NCBI GenBank assembly: GCA_051362555.1
Contig: CM120640.1
Coordinates: 29,779,967-29,843,966 of the forward strand
Direction: 5' to 3'
DNA: 64,000 nucleotides
Source: Lingula anatina
Taxonomy: Eukaryota; Animalia; Brachiopoda
The translations under genes and the position numbers were made by a program. The notes beneath the pieces were generated by a model, which saw only the letters and a list, made by a program, of their open reading frames with translations, was not told the origin of the DNA and ran no database searches. This document shows, piece by piece, positions 23,644 to 35,741 of this stretch. Each line of letters starts with the position of its first letter. Position 1 is the first letter of the stretch.

Positions 23644-25171
23644 ATGCCAAGTTTTTTGAAAGATTGTGTTTCTTTTTGGAGGCAGATTGGATGCCCTAGT
23701 CATGTTTTATCTTGGATTTGTGATGGTGTACAGCTGCCGTTTGCTTCTGAGCCACCTAATTGTATTCTATCAAACCATGTCAAGTCAGACAGACATTTAT
23801 TTGACTTTGTGAATTCAGAGATTGAGCGATTATTGTCCACAGGTGCAGTCAGACATATTGACCACCAACCAAGGTGTGTGAACCCCATTAGTTGTGTTCC
23901 GAAGAAGAAGAATAAGCTTCGACTCATATGTGATTTACGTCATATCAATCAGTTTTGCCAAACTTCAACTTTTCGCTATGAGGATATATCATTGTTAAAG
24001 GATGTTATTCGCACTGGGGTTAACTGTCAACCATTGACCTTAAGGATGGTTTTCATAATGTGCCAGTTCATCCGGATTACCAGGAGTTTCTGGGTTTTCA
24101 GTGGAGTGGACACTTTTATGTTTGGCAGGCTCTCCCTTTTGGTTTGTCGGCGAGCCCATATTTTTTCTGCAAAACTTTACGCCCAGTGGTGGAGTATTTG
24201 AGACTACAAGGTGTTCGTTTGATTGCATACATGGATGATATTTTGATACTTGCTGATGCAGATACTATTGATAAGCATACCAAATTCTGTGTACATGTAT
24301 TGGAATCAACTGGTTGGAATATTAACTATGAGAAGTCATTGTTGATTCCATCATCGAAAATTCAGTACATAGGTTACGTTATCGACTCTTGTGGTGACAG
24401 TGGGGTACCAGAATTAAAAGTACCAAAGCAGAGAATACGCAACTTGCGTAAAGACATTTATCGTTTGCTTGGCAGTCCAAACATCAAAGCCCGTTCATTA
24501 GCAAGAATCCCTGGGCAGTGTATATCGATGTGTAAAGTAGTATATCCGGGCAAGCTCATGTTACGTGGAGTATATCAGCTGTTAAAGCAACGGAATTCCT
24601 GGAATGATAGGCTTAATTGGTCCGTGGAAGCCCGCCAGGACTTAAATTGTTGGATCGAATCTTTAAAAGAATGGAACGGTGTAACCATTACGCCCCACCA
24701 GATAGATGGGCAACTGGAGACGGACGCCAGCCACATGGCTGGGGCGCTGTGTATCAGGGCAGACAAGCACAAGGACTTTGGAACGCAAGGGTGTCATTCA
24801 AGTCTTCCAATTACCGAGAACTTATAACAGTTCTGTTGGCTGTGATGTCATTCAGGGATCATCTCAAAGGAAAAGTGATTCAGTTGTTGTCAGACAATGT
24901 GACCGCAATTTGTTACTTAAATCACATGGGAGGCCCCAGTTTGAAGTTAACAAAGTTGGCGAAAGCAATATGGGCAGAATGCCTGGAAAACAATATAACA
25001 TTGCTAGCACGTCACTTGCCAGGCAAAAGCAATGTAGCAGCAGATTATTTATCTCGGTTGACAAGCAAATTCGAATGGAAGTTACATCCTCACCTCTTTG
25101 GTTACATAGATCAGCTATGGGGTCCTCATACTTGCCACCGCTTTGCTTCAGTGCAAACAACACATCTGCCT
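23644..25171 (+). pseudogene. pol: DIRS reverse transcriptase and RNase H
   Basis: VPKKKNKLRLICDLR, LPFGLSASP, YMDDILI, TDAS, SSNYREL, SDNVTAICYLNHMGG, HLPGKSNVAADYLSR; frameshifts near 24020 and 24735. Confidence 0.92.
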
Positions 25172-27499
25172 TATTGTACCACCAGCGTTAGCGCTGGCGG
25201 TACACATGGTTTCGGTCCCATCCGGATCGTTCCGCCGGCTCCGTTGGCTCCGCCGGCTCTGCCGGACGGCTACCGTTACCGCTTCTCCTCCTAGACGGTA
25301 AGGGCCCCCGTACCCATCTCATGGATTTAGGTCACCTATAATCTCAACTCGTTCCACGTAAAATTTGGGCTTTGTCGGTATTGGGGTCTGGGTGTGGCAC
25401 TCATTGCAATGCACCCTTGTCTAAAAATAGCAAAATTAAATGCTAATTATCTACCCTACGGAAGGAGTTATGGGAAAAATTTCTATAGACGGCTTTCCAA
25501 AAGTCATATGTGTAGATTTCAAATATACCCTTGGATTTGACCTTTGACCTCTACTTCAAGGTCAAATGGGCCAAAATTTTCAAAAAAATGAAATTTTTTA
25601 CGAAAAAAATTTTTTTTGCCCTGTTATTCAGACACCACACAGACTTAACCAATAATATTATTGGAAAGTGTTACCCTTCAGGTCATCTTTCATCTCCATG
25701 AATTTGGGGTCAATCGGTGCATTTTCACGGGAGTAGCGGCCATAAGATACCGAAACTGAAAACTGTCTCTAATTCGGGAACCGTTAATGCTAGAGACCCA
25801 TTCTTTTTTGCATTTTGTAGAGCATGTAAAGCCCAACACTGGAGGTGGTCTCGGTTTTTTTGTATTCCATACGGTTTTCGAGTTACGCTGTATCAAAAAG
25901 TACATATTGGTGGTAAAAGCAAAATGTGCAGTACGGTAATAGATAATAAATTTTGAACTCTGGAAAAATAAAACATAAGGCTTGGCAAAGCAGACAACTT
26001 GTGTTCAAAAATGACATTATTTCATCAAATTTGAACTTCTGAAACTTCAGAGCACCTCCTTTTTCAAGAATTTTGACCAAAATGACATTTTCTTTATTTA
26101 AATTAATTTTTTCTGTACGAAATTTAAGGCACATTATGGTAACTCCAAAATTATAACATCTAGTCCCTTATATCTCCAAAACTGGCAGAGATAGGTCCAT
26201 AGTTACTATTGAAGTTGAATAGGAAGTCATATACTGGCAATCTTACTATGACCTTGAAATTGACCTTTGACCTACTTTTCACCATGAACTGAACTTTGCA
26301 AATTTTTCTTCCCTTTTATCTCCAAAACTGGCAGAGATAGGTCCATAGTTACTATTGAACTTGAATAGGAAGTCATATACTGGCAATCTAAATGTGACCT
26401 TAAAATTGACCTTTGACCTACTTTACACCATGAACTGAATTTTGCAAATTTTGCTTTCCTTTTATCTTCAAAACTGGCAGAGATAGGTCCATAGTTACTA
26501 TTGAACTTGAATAGGAAGTCATATACTGGCAATCTAAATGTGACCTTTAAATTGACCTTTGACCTACTTTTCACCATGAACTGAATTTTGCAAATTTTGC
26601 TTTCCTTTTATCTCCAAAACTGGCAGAGGTAGGTCCGTAGTTACTATTGAACTTGAAAAGGAAGTCATATACTGGCAATCTAAATGTGACCTTAAAATTG
26701 ACCTTTGACCTACTTTACACCATGAACTGAATTTTGCAAATTTTGCTTTCCTTTTATCTCCAAAACTGGCTGAGATAGGTCCGTAGTTACTATTGAACTT
26801 GAATAGGAAGTCATATACTGGCATTATAAATGTGACATTAAAATTGACCTTTGTCCTACTTTTCACCATAAACTGAACTTTGCAAATTTTGCTTCCCTTT
26901 TATCTCCAAAACTGGCAGAGATAGGTCCATAGTTACTATTGAACTTGAATAGAAAGTCATATACTGGCAATCTAAATGTGACCTTGAAATTGACCTTTGA
27001 CCTACTTTTCACCATGAACTGAATTTTGCAATATTTGCTTCCCTTTTATCTCCAAAACTGGCTGAGATAGGTCCATAGTTACTATAAAAGTTGAATAGGA
27101 AGTCCTATACTGGCAATCTAAGTGTGACCTTGAAATTGACCTTTGACCTACTTTTTATCATGAACTGAACTCTGCTAATTTCTTTCTCTTTTAACTTCAA
27201 ACTTGACAGAGATAGGTCCATAGTTACTCTTGAACTTGAATAGGAAGTCATATACTGGCAATTTACTGTGACCTTGAAATTGACCCTTGATCTACCTTAC
27301 GAAGAACTTAAATTTGATTGTACCCTATATTTTTTTTGCAATAGTTTAAAAATTCTTGTTGATTGCATTTTTACAGCTTGTCAAGCACAAAACTGGTGGC
27401 TGTGTCCCTTATTTTGTGTATGTGGGGGTCTATACGAATGCGCTTGCTCCAGCTGGTGGTACAATATTTGGAGGCGGTATCGCCTCTCTGATCCTCTAG
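25172..27499 (+). mobile_element. HINE inserted in the DIRS pol region
   Basis: subTIRs TATTGTACCACCAGC (25172) and GCTGGTGGTACAATA (~27452); 5' palindrome; CCG-type microsatellite; 3' hairpin GAGGCG-GTAT-CGCCTC; CTAG-TT end; DIRS reading resumes as YNSQYWDP. Confidence 0.88.
26160..27300 (+). repeat. 146-bp tandem repeat, ~8 copies, inside the HINE
   Basis: TCCAAAACTGGCAGAGATAGGTCC recurs every 146 bp; duplicate ORFs are offset by 292 bp. Confidence 0.95.
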
Positions 27500-27803
27500 T
27501 TACAACAGTCAGTATTGGGATCCCCTAACTTCAGGAATAGACGCTCTAGCTCAGAGAGATTGGTTTTCACACAACAACTTTGTGAATCCACCATTTCGCC
27601 TGCTTCCAGAGGTATTAGATACAATAATACAACAGCAGGCTGTGGCCACGGTAATCGCTCCGTATTGGCCAAGGCAGGTATGGTTCCAAAAGCTGCGAAA
27701 AATGTCAGTGGCTCCTCCACTGAAGTTAAAGATAAACCGCTATTTGGTGCTGTCGAGGATGACTTCTCCAGAACCTTTAAGGAACCGAAGGTGGAAAATT
27801 TAG
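27500..27803 (+). pseudogene. DIRS adenine-methyltransferase-like domain
   Basis: IDALAQ..W, NPPFRLL, VIAPYWPRQVWF. Confidence 0.8.
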
Positions 27804-27861
27804 GCTTAGCGAGTATCTGGAGCACAAGGTTAATAAGTAGTGGTTGGTCCAATAGAGCTGC

Positions 27862-28840
27862 AATGCAGTTACCACAATGTTTGGCTCCATCTACATTACG
27901 CCTTTACAATGGTTCTATTGAGAAACTATATAAATTTTGTGTTGAGATGTCTGCAGTATTTCCACCAGTGCATACTTCAGTTATTGCATCATTCTTATGT
28001 CATATTGCAGACTCCTCGGATAAACCGAGATCTCAGTTAAAGACTGCCTTATCAGCACTGTCTTGTTATTATGAAAGTTCTGGTTTACCTAATCTTGTTA
28101 GTGACAATGACATTCAAAGGCTCTATGTAGCACTTGTCAAGTCCTCTACAGTAAGTCCAATGGAACATTCAGCAGTTTTACCAGTTAATGCTTTTCATAG
28201 TTTGTTTACAAAGTGGCCTGATAATGACAGCTTGTCTGATAAGGAGCTTAGACTTAAGGCAGTTACTTTATTGTCACTTGTAGTCATGTTAAGGCCTTCT
28301 GATATTGCTCCAAAATCAGTAGTTTTTAATTCAAGCACTCTTAGTATAGGCTAAGTAAAATGTTATTTACTACTGATCAGTTGTTGTTTGGAGAGGATGG
28401 CTCTTTGAAAATCATTTTCCTTGGTATAAAGAATGATATTCAGAGAACTGGATTTGAGGTGCACATTCCACCTTGTTCTAATAATAAACTTGATCCAGTT
28501 ATTGCTCCCAGAGACTACATTCTTAGAACGAACCAGCATCGAACTCGAGACGGTCCTGTTTTTTTTTCCCTTCGGAAGCCTTTTAATCCCTTGGATGCAT
28601 CATCTATAGCACGCATTCTTACTGACAGTATCAAGGCTGCTGGACTTTCTATGGACGTATATTCTGCTAAATCATTCCGTCCTACTGGAGCAACTTATGC
28701 TATTGCAAACAACGTGCAGCCAGAGATTGTCATGAAACTGGGGCGATGGAAAACACCATCAGTGTTTTTTTGAACACTATGTACATACAGTAGTAAACCC
28801 CCAAATTCATTCACTACAGACTTGTTAAAAGGAGAATGAC
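27862..28840 (+). pseudogene. DIRS tyrosine recombinase
   Basis: APSTLRLY, MLRPSD (catalytic R), GIKND, SAKSFRPTGAT, LGRWKT, frameshifted HYVH; stop at 28352. Confidence 0.9.
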
Positions 28841-29794
28841 TGGTGTAGTTCATATTTTCTTAAAAGTGAGAACTTGGCTTTACATTTAGGGAGAAGGCAG
28901 GTTGTCTCTATTCCTGCGCTGAGATTTCCTTGTTGTCACTATTTAGGGTAGCAATTTGCTTCCCATATAGTGCTTGTTCCATTTATTGTGTATTTCTTGC
29001 ACATTTTAGCGATTTTCCATGTTTTGTACTCTTAGCAGTTTTGTCTTTTTTGCTTAAGATGTTCTTGTTCTTGTTGTTACCCTTTGACTATGAGTGTTCA
29101 ACTTATTTTTAGTTTCTTTTTCATATTTTTTCCCTCACTATTTAGGCATATTATTATTCTGACCAAGTGTTTGTTCCTGATGACGTAGGTTTGCAAAAAC
29201 TGGAGTCTGGGAACTACACTTGGTCTTATCTTGGTCGCGCAGCGACCTCTATCGTAGTCTTTGTTTGTTGGTGTTTTAAGTTACTGTATATAATATAGGT
29301 CAATTATGTTGAATAAGGTGGGAAGTGTTACCAACTATTACTTAGACAATAAAGGCATATTATTATTCTGACCAAGTGTTTGTTCCTGATGACGTAGGTT
29401 TACAAAAACAATAAATTACCGAGATCTCTAACAATATAGGGTCGTTCAATGGATTTTGTTTGGTCATTTCCTAAATGTCCAGCTTTATGTTTATCTTGTT
29501 TTTTTCTAGTGAAATAAGATAAAAAATAAATTCAGCCAATAAAAAATATTGAAATGTAAATGTCGGAAATTGTTTTTATTTGTGACATAAAACTAAATTT
29601 AAAAAACTGATTATTATAATATTTATAAGCTAGGATTAAAAGTGAAATTAATATTAGATACAGAGACAAAAACTACCTTAAAACGTTTACTGCCCTTGAA
29701 AATCAGAAGTCTAATATTGCTTGGTGAGAAATAAAGAAGAGAATGGGTGGGATCCCCATAATTCGCTTTGCTGTTTCCTCCATTGTCTTTCATG

Positions 29795-30033
29795 ATACCA
29801 TCCAGTTGGGGGAGATCTTATTATTATTTTACTGGTGGTGTTAATAACATCCAGATTCCCGTGACTCATGAATGTTCCTTTTTATTCTTTGCCCTTTGTG
29901 AAACGAAGTATTGTACTCGGCGATTTGTGATTATCAGGATTTTCTATTTGCTTTATTAGTGAGATATGATTTAAGTTTTATTTACTGTGATTTGTAAATG
30001 ATTGATTTCATTTCCTATGAACTGTGGTCACCC

Positions 30034-30035
<2 letters not shown>
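29795..30035 (+). repeat. CGTGA/TGTGA-rich dispersed MITE-like repeat, copy 1
   Basis: Homologous to 40460-40635; both end in TGTG(G/A)TCA plus poly-C. Confidence 0.65.
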
Positions 30036-30064
<29 letters not shown>

Positions 30065-30639
30065 CAATGGTAGGCCTACCCTTAATTAAAAAAAAAAATC
30101 AAAACTCATTTGGTAACAAAAATTAATCTTTTATTGTAAAATCAAGAGAATGACATTTTGAAGGTTTTCAACTGGCTGCTACAGAGACAATAATAGTTCT
30201 GCACTGACGATAGTAAAAAATGAAAGATGAAAAGTAATTCAGTTAAAATGTAAAGCTGTAAAAAGATGTTGACTGTACCACCAGCTCCCGACTGCTATGA
30301 TATAATTAATGCTTTCACGTACAAGTTTTACCAGCTAATTGACATACTTTTCCTCTAAATAACTGAAAGAAAATCCGTCCCATTACTATGAGAGGAAGAT
30401 CCAGAATTAAGGGTGGGTGACTGGGTGAAAAGACGTACTGGAAAAAGGTGACAATTTCCAAAGAAGTTACATTTTTTAAATTAAAAATGAGATTCAACTA
30501 AATTATTTACTATAAAAGTTTAAAAGGCGAATTTGCTACGACTACAGAATCAAAAGTGAAAGACAAAAAACGAACAAGGGCGAAAGACTTAATTTTTATT
30601 AAAGATTCGCTAAGGCATACACTGGAGAATACTCGTACT

Positions 30640-31005
30640 TTACTCTTATTGAACTTTTTCATCCTCTTTTTTGGTCAATCTATCTGCCACTGTGAAGAAT
30701 ATTTTAAGTGATCAACCTTTGTTCATAAGTGAAATGTGCCACGTAGGCCTTTCAGGAGGGTTTATCACTCCGCTGAAACTGTGTTACAGCATGCACGCAC
30801 GCACGCAAACACACGCATACACACTGAAGGCTTGTTTTGTTCTATTGACAACTAGATGGAAAAGAGATAATCTTTGTGTGCAGTTCATTCGTCTGACCAT
30901 AACCTCCAGCTTAGAAATGAAGTAGGGCCTAATTGTTTCGATTTTTATTCATGTCTCGGCCAAATCTACTCTTATTAGCCTTGAACTCTTTTTCATCCCC
31001 TTCTC

Positions 31006-31048
<43 letters not shown>

Positions 31049-31120
31049 TTGCTAATCTATCTGCCACTGTGAAAATTTTTTAAGTAAACAATCTCTGTTC
31101 ATAAGGGAAATGTACCACAG
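30640..31120 (+). repeat. ~330-bp repeat, about 1.5 copies; a further copy spans 35500-35741 plus 38194-38320
   Basis: AATCTATCTGCCACTGTGAA at ~30677, ~31054 and ~38249; ACACACTGAAGGCT at ~30819 and ~35521. Confidence 0.75.
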
Positions 31121-31121
31121 A

Positions 31122-31320
31122 CCACGTGACCTCCATAGATGGCTATACTCTGTAATAATCTTATAAGAGATTATAACATAAAACCAAACTTTTTAGAATA
31201 AAACCAGGGACTAACTTTGAATGTAGAAATGGATTTGTTAACCATTGCTAAGTATGGGGAAATTATTGTTTACTCCAGGAAAATTCATTTTTTTTGCCAA
31301 AACAAACAGTTATTATCCCT
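31122..31320 (-). mobile_element. Partial Kolobok-like MITE
   Basis: Reverse complement of 53275-53472; ends TTATTATCCCT followed by TTAA. Confidence 0.8.
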
Positions 31321-32739
31321 TTAATTCTCCACCTTCATAGAACATTTGCGCTCCCGAACTTGTCCCAGTAACGAGAAAATCCTCCAACAAGCTGTACACA
31401 GATACAAGCCGTGCTCATTGCGGTACAATCTGTCCATCTTAGAGCAGGACGCGTTGAATGCCATGCTTCTTCCATGAGGATCGTGACCACCTTTCGAGAG
31501 CACACGAACGAAACGTAGTGCCTCGATATGAAACCAGACAACTTTTGTGTTTTTAATCTCCAAATACGAAAAAAAATCAATTAAGCTAATAAATAGGCTA
31601 ACGTTAAGAACATATTATATCGTTTGTTTTATATTAATTATTATTTAAGATCATAATAATAAACAAGTCGCATTTCGATGTACTCCATGCTATAACCTTT
31701 ATATAAAAATAGCAATTTTTACGAGATTACAAATTGTATCGCATTGTTTGGTTCCATTGCCTCGCTTTCAAAAATTAGAACAGGCGCTCCAAAATCGTAA
31801 AACGAAGTTAAAAACTTTATATTGGCCGAGTTCCCCCACTGTTAAGAATATCCTCGTAGCATTATCTGCAGTTAACCTTCCTACGATTTTCAATGTATTT
31901 TGCAATGTTATTTACAATCCTCCAGGTGAAGAATTTTATTAATCAAGAGTAGGGGAGGTGTGAAAATCCCCATTGGGGCCACATATAACACTATAAATAC
32001 AATGGGAATCCCCTTAAAATGAAGGTAAAATAAATGTTTTTCTAAGAAATTCCGACGGATTTACTTTTTACAACATAAAATCAACAGAACATTTCTAATA
32101 TAAATTTTCAAAAAGACACCAGAGATCTAATGAAATAAAATCAACCAGACGGTCTTTCTCAATTTCACCAACTTGTTAATTTCAAACAGCGCACTTTTCG
32201 CACATGCGCAGTTGTTTGAAGCCTGTGCTCCTTTCGAGTTCTTTCCCTCCCGTCATGGCGTCCTGAGTAAATTTCTCTTGGACTTCGCCTTCTCTGAACA
32301 ACAAACAATATACCAGCAGGTAAGAGGATCAAAGACACCTGGTTGTGTCAGAGACTCTGTGGCAAAGATAACGTTCCTACAAGCGCGACACGCACAGTCG
32401 CTATTCAAAAATACGTCCCCATAACATATTTATCCGCCCTATCTTGATTCTTGCCTCTTTTCGCCCTACAAAGTAATTCACGGTAGTATAGATATCACAG
32501 GCTGCCATGCGCTTGCTCATTTTCGTTTTATTCGTATTTAAAACTTAACCCATTGAGTAGATTGCACTGTAATGTAATCTCTTTCAAATTTCACATGAGA
32601 AAGAATCAAGATCATTTTAATATAGTAATTACGTACATTAATAGTTTTTTATTTACTTTATATAATTATTTTTCCACGTTTTTACATGTACTTTTTGATG
32701 CGTAAACATACACTAGTAGTATTAAAAGTAGCACAGATA

Positions 32740-34537
32740 GGGGAGAGCGGGGCAAAACGCACCCCTTAAGGAAGAATCCCTCTAGTTTCCATTGTCAAAA
32801 AGATATTCCATCCAAATTGGCACCGATATTGTCGTTCTGATATGGGGTTCAGTCTGGAACATGCATTTGTAAATAGTTGCAAAAGAAAAGACACAATAGT
32901 TAAAATTAGGAAATAATTTTTTTGGCCTTTTTGCCCCATGGGTGGGGCAAAAAGCCTTTTGTCACAGGGCAAAACGCCCATGGTGGGCGTTTTACCCCAA
33001 ATCCAACAATATCCCTTGTTTTGAATGAACCAAGAATGTTTTTCCTAATTTCAGTTATTTCTTCTTTGAATTATAACATTTTTTTTCATTTTCTGTTGTT
33101 TTTTTAATCATGCGTATGTAAGCTCTTTCACCGAGAGGATAGGATTATCTTAAATTGTTATTTACTTCTCATACAACTTAAGCTATGAAAACTGGATTTA
33201 CTCGCAAATGAAAATGCAACAAACGCAACTTACACCTATATTTCAGAGCAATAAAAACAATTTACAAATCCATACCAAGCTGTAAGTTGAGAAAAACCAC
33301 TTTTGAAATGTTACACATTACAATTTTAAAACACAAGAACTGCTTCTGGAGATGGAGAGTAGTGCAGACTCAAGAAAATAATTAACGATTGATGATATTT
33401 CTTAATATTGCTTAATATCATTCAACATAATACGCAAAACACTTCCTATCATTTTAACTTTATTGTTAGCATTGTGCCATTTGCAAAACCTAAACTACTA
33501 TTTAATAACGAGGTATAGCCTATCTTAAACACACAGGGGTTGATACAGGTTGTTGGTATTTGAGAGAGCAATGGGTGCCATTTGGCACGGTTTAGAACTA
33601 CGAGTATTCTTTCTTTCTTTCTTTCTTTCTTTCTTTTGTCATCCTTCTTATACCCTTTACGGTGTCAAGGGGAGAAAGAGTTTGAGTTTTCCGTCCCTGA
33701 CCAGCTGGAATGCTTGGTTGAGTGGGATGTTGTTAGATTGCAAAATCTCTCGGTACTCCATCCACATGTACCCACTTCTTTCTCGGTCTTCCCCTTGCCT
33801 TAAAACCGGAGTGTTTCTTTACATGCACTTTGTTCCCCGGTAGATGTGGAGGCATTCGTGCCAGGTGACCGAACCATTTGATAGTCTGTTTTTGAATCAG
33901 CTAGTCAAAATTAAAGGGGGGGGGGGTGTCAGACCCCCCCTCTAAATCCGCCACTGTTAAAAACATCTTTCTTTGTGTATAGAGAGTCGTTTGTCCCCAA
34001 TCACTGACACAGTAGGTTTTCAGTTAGTGGTTATGAACTGTGACATGTAACTTGTTTTTTTTATAACACCTTTTATGTTATCATTCCCTCAGTTTATAAA
34101 TTAAAAGTAAGGTAGGTGGGTTGAGTGGGGCAAAACTGGCGTTTTGCCCCTTTCTGTGGTAGGCCCTTTGCCCCGAACTGATACATTTGTTTTATTTTCC
34201 AAAAAAATCGGAAAGGTTCGGAGATAAACAACTGTTAGTGTTAACATGTCGAGACAAGATTGCTAGGTTACTGGCAAAAGCGATAATTTTAAATTTAATC
34301 CATCTTACCCGCAGAGCCACAGATATAAAGTGAGGGTCAAATTAAGAGAAATGGGGGCAAAAGGACAAAGGCGTTCGTAAAATACATAGCTATTGGTGAG
34401 ACTGGGCCTTGGTTACATGAACACACTTCGTCTGCTATGCGGTATATGGCGTAATGCCATGTGGATTAAAATCTCGCATTATTAAAGAAAAATCGCAAAT
34501 TGTCTTTTTGCCCCGACTGGGCTTTTTGCCCCACCCT
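32740..34537. mobile_element. Degenerate non-autonomous TIR element (pogo/Tc1-mariner-like)
   Basis: TA-GGGGAGAGCGGGGCAAAA left end, TTTTGCCCCACCC-TA right end, many internal GGGGCAAAA/TTTTGCCCC motifs. Confidence 0.55.
33607..33893 (-). mobile_element. 5'-truncated RTE-clade LINE 3' end
   Basis: Minus strand reads IKWFGHLARMP...RGRPRKKW, then a short UTR and a (GAAA)n tail; nested in the hAT-like MITE at ~33575-33957. Confidence 0.8.
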
Positions 34538-35435
34538 AAACAATGTTTACACGTAACATCAAGACCCGAGTAAATCATTATTATAGTAAAGTCACAGGAA
34601 ATAATGTAACGAAGGGGGAATACTGAGGGAGAAGTCATACATATTAACTTTCTGAAATATTGTGTAGGCCTATCTGGTAACAGTTTGTCGAAAAAGAAAT
34701 TGGTATGGACAAACTTTAAAATTCAAGTCATATGTTAAAGATTCCTATGCCCTATATAATACGTGGTTAATAAATAGAAAATATTAACAGAACATCTGCA
34801 GTTTATTTCACTCTGTTCATTTGGGTATATATTTATCTTTTTTAATTGATTTAATTTTTCCATAATGTGTCTACGTAAATCGATGATGAGTTCTTCGGCA
34901 CATATAACAAAGGCGCCCACAGACTTCAGGAATAGTGCGCACAAAATATATCCGACCAACGATACATAACGTTTTACTAAAACCTTACATCTGACGCCAA
35001 TGCCATATTAATATTTTTAATGAGATGTGTGTACGACACGACATGGTCAAAATAAGGAAATCAAGTGGGCCATATGCAACGCCGGCGTCAAGCTAGAACA
35101 CGTTCGCCGCTCTCTACCCGTTCAATGCCCCTTGCCGTAAAAATCTTTTCGAATGCATACAAACACAGGCGGATGCTCATTCCATTGCAATAAATGAAGA
35201 GCAAAATTAAGGATTGAAAATATTTCTCTGATATATATGTAGAGATGTATGAGATATTTGTATAGGAAAATTAAATTTCACTGACGAAATAAGTCATGAG
35301 CAGCGATGACATGCTATTTAAACTTAAAATTAAAGGCCATCACTTGTACTGAAAGGTAGATAAAAAAAACTAGTGATATGATGGACTCAAGCAAACTGTA
35401 ACCGTACCTAGGAAGCAGATTGGTCGGTGCTTGGC

Positions 35436-35436
<1 letters not shown>

Positions 35437-35476
<40 letters not shown>

Positions 35477-35495
35477 AAGTGTCAGTAAATGTGTC

Positions 35496-35527
<32 letters not shown>
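35437..35527. repeat. Poly-G tract and (CA)n microsatellite
   Basis: Direct inspection. Confidence 0.95.
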
Positions 35528-35528
<1 letters not shown>

Positions 35529-35741
35529 AAGGCTGGTTTTGTTGTATTTGAAACCAAATGGAAGAGCGCAGTGGCAAACACATTTACGGTGTGTTGGTTA
35601 ATTCGCGGGTTATGTGGTTTAGATGGGTGTTAGTGCTAAAAGATCTGCGGGTAGGTTTAGTAAAAGCCTAGAATCCGTTTATAAGGCCTGGCAGCTCCTG
35701 CTTTTAAACAAAGTGATTATTTTTTAACGTCTTTGCTAAAT

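Larger units (their letters stand above)
22816..29409 (+). mobile_element. PAT-like DIRS (tyrosine recombinase) retrotransposon with split direct repeats
   Basis: A1 22816-22889 matches A2 29200-29273 (74 bp, 1 mismatch); B1 29144-29200 matches B2 29353-29409 (57 bp, 1 mismatch); gag-like, RT, RNase H, methyltransferase-like and recombinase domains lie between. Confidence 0.93.

Noticed and set aside
26272-26869. Duplicated 101-aa ORFs
   Set aside because: By-product of the 146-bp tandem repeat.
32180-32330. Promoter or first exon (CGCACATGCGCA, CAG|GTAAGA)
   Set aside because: Isolated motifs with no linked downstream exon; may belong to an unrecognised repeat.
35427-35633. Gly-rich and TH-repeat ORF
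   Set aside because: Translation of poly-G and (CA)n tracts.
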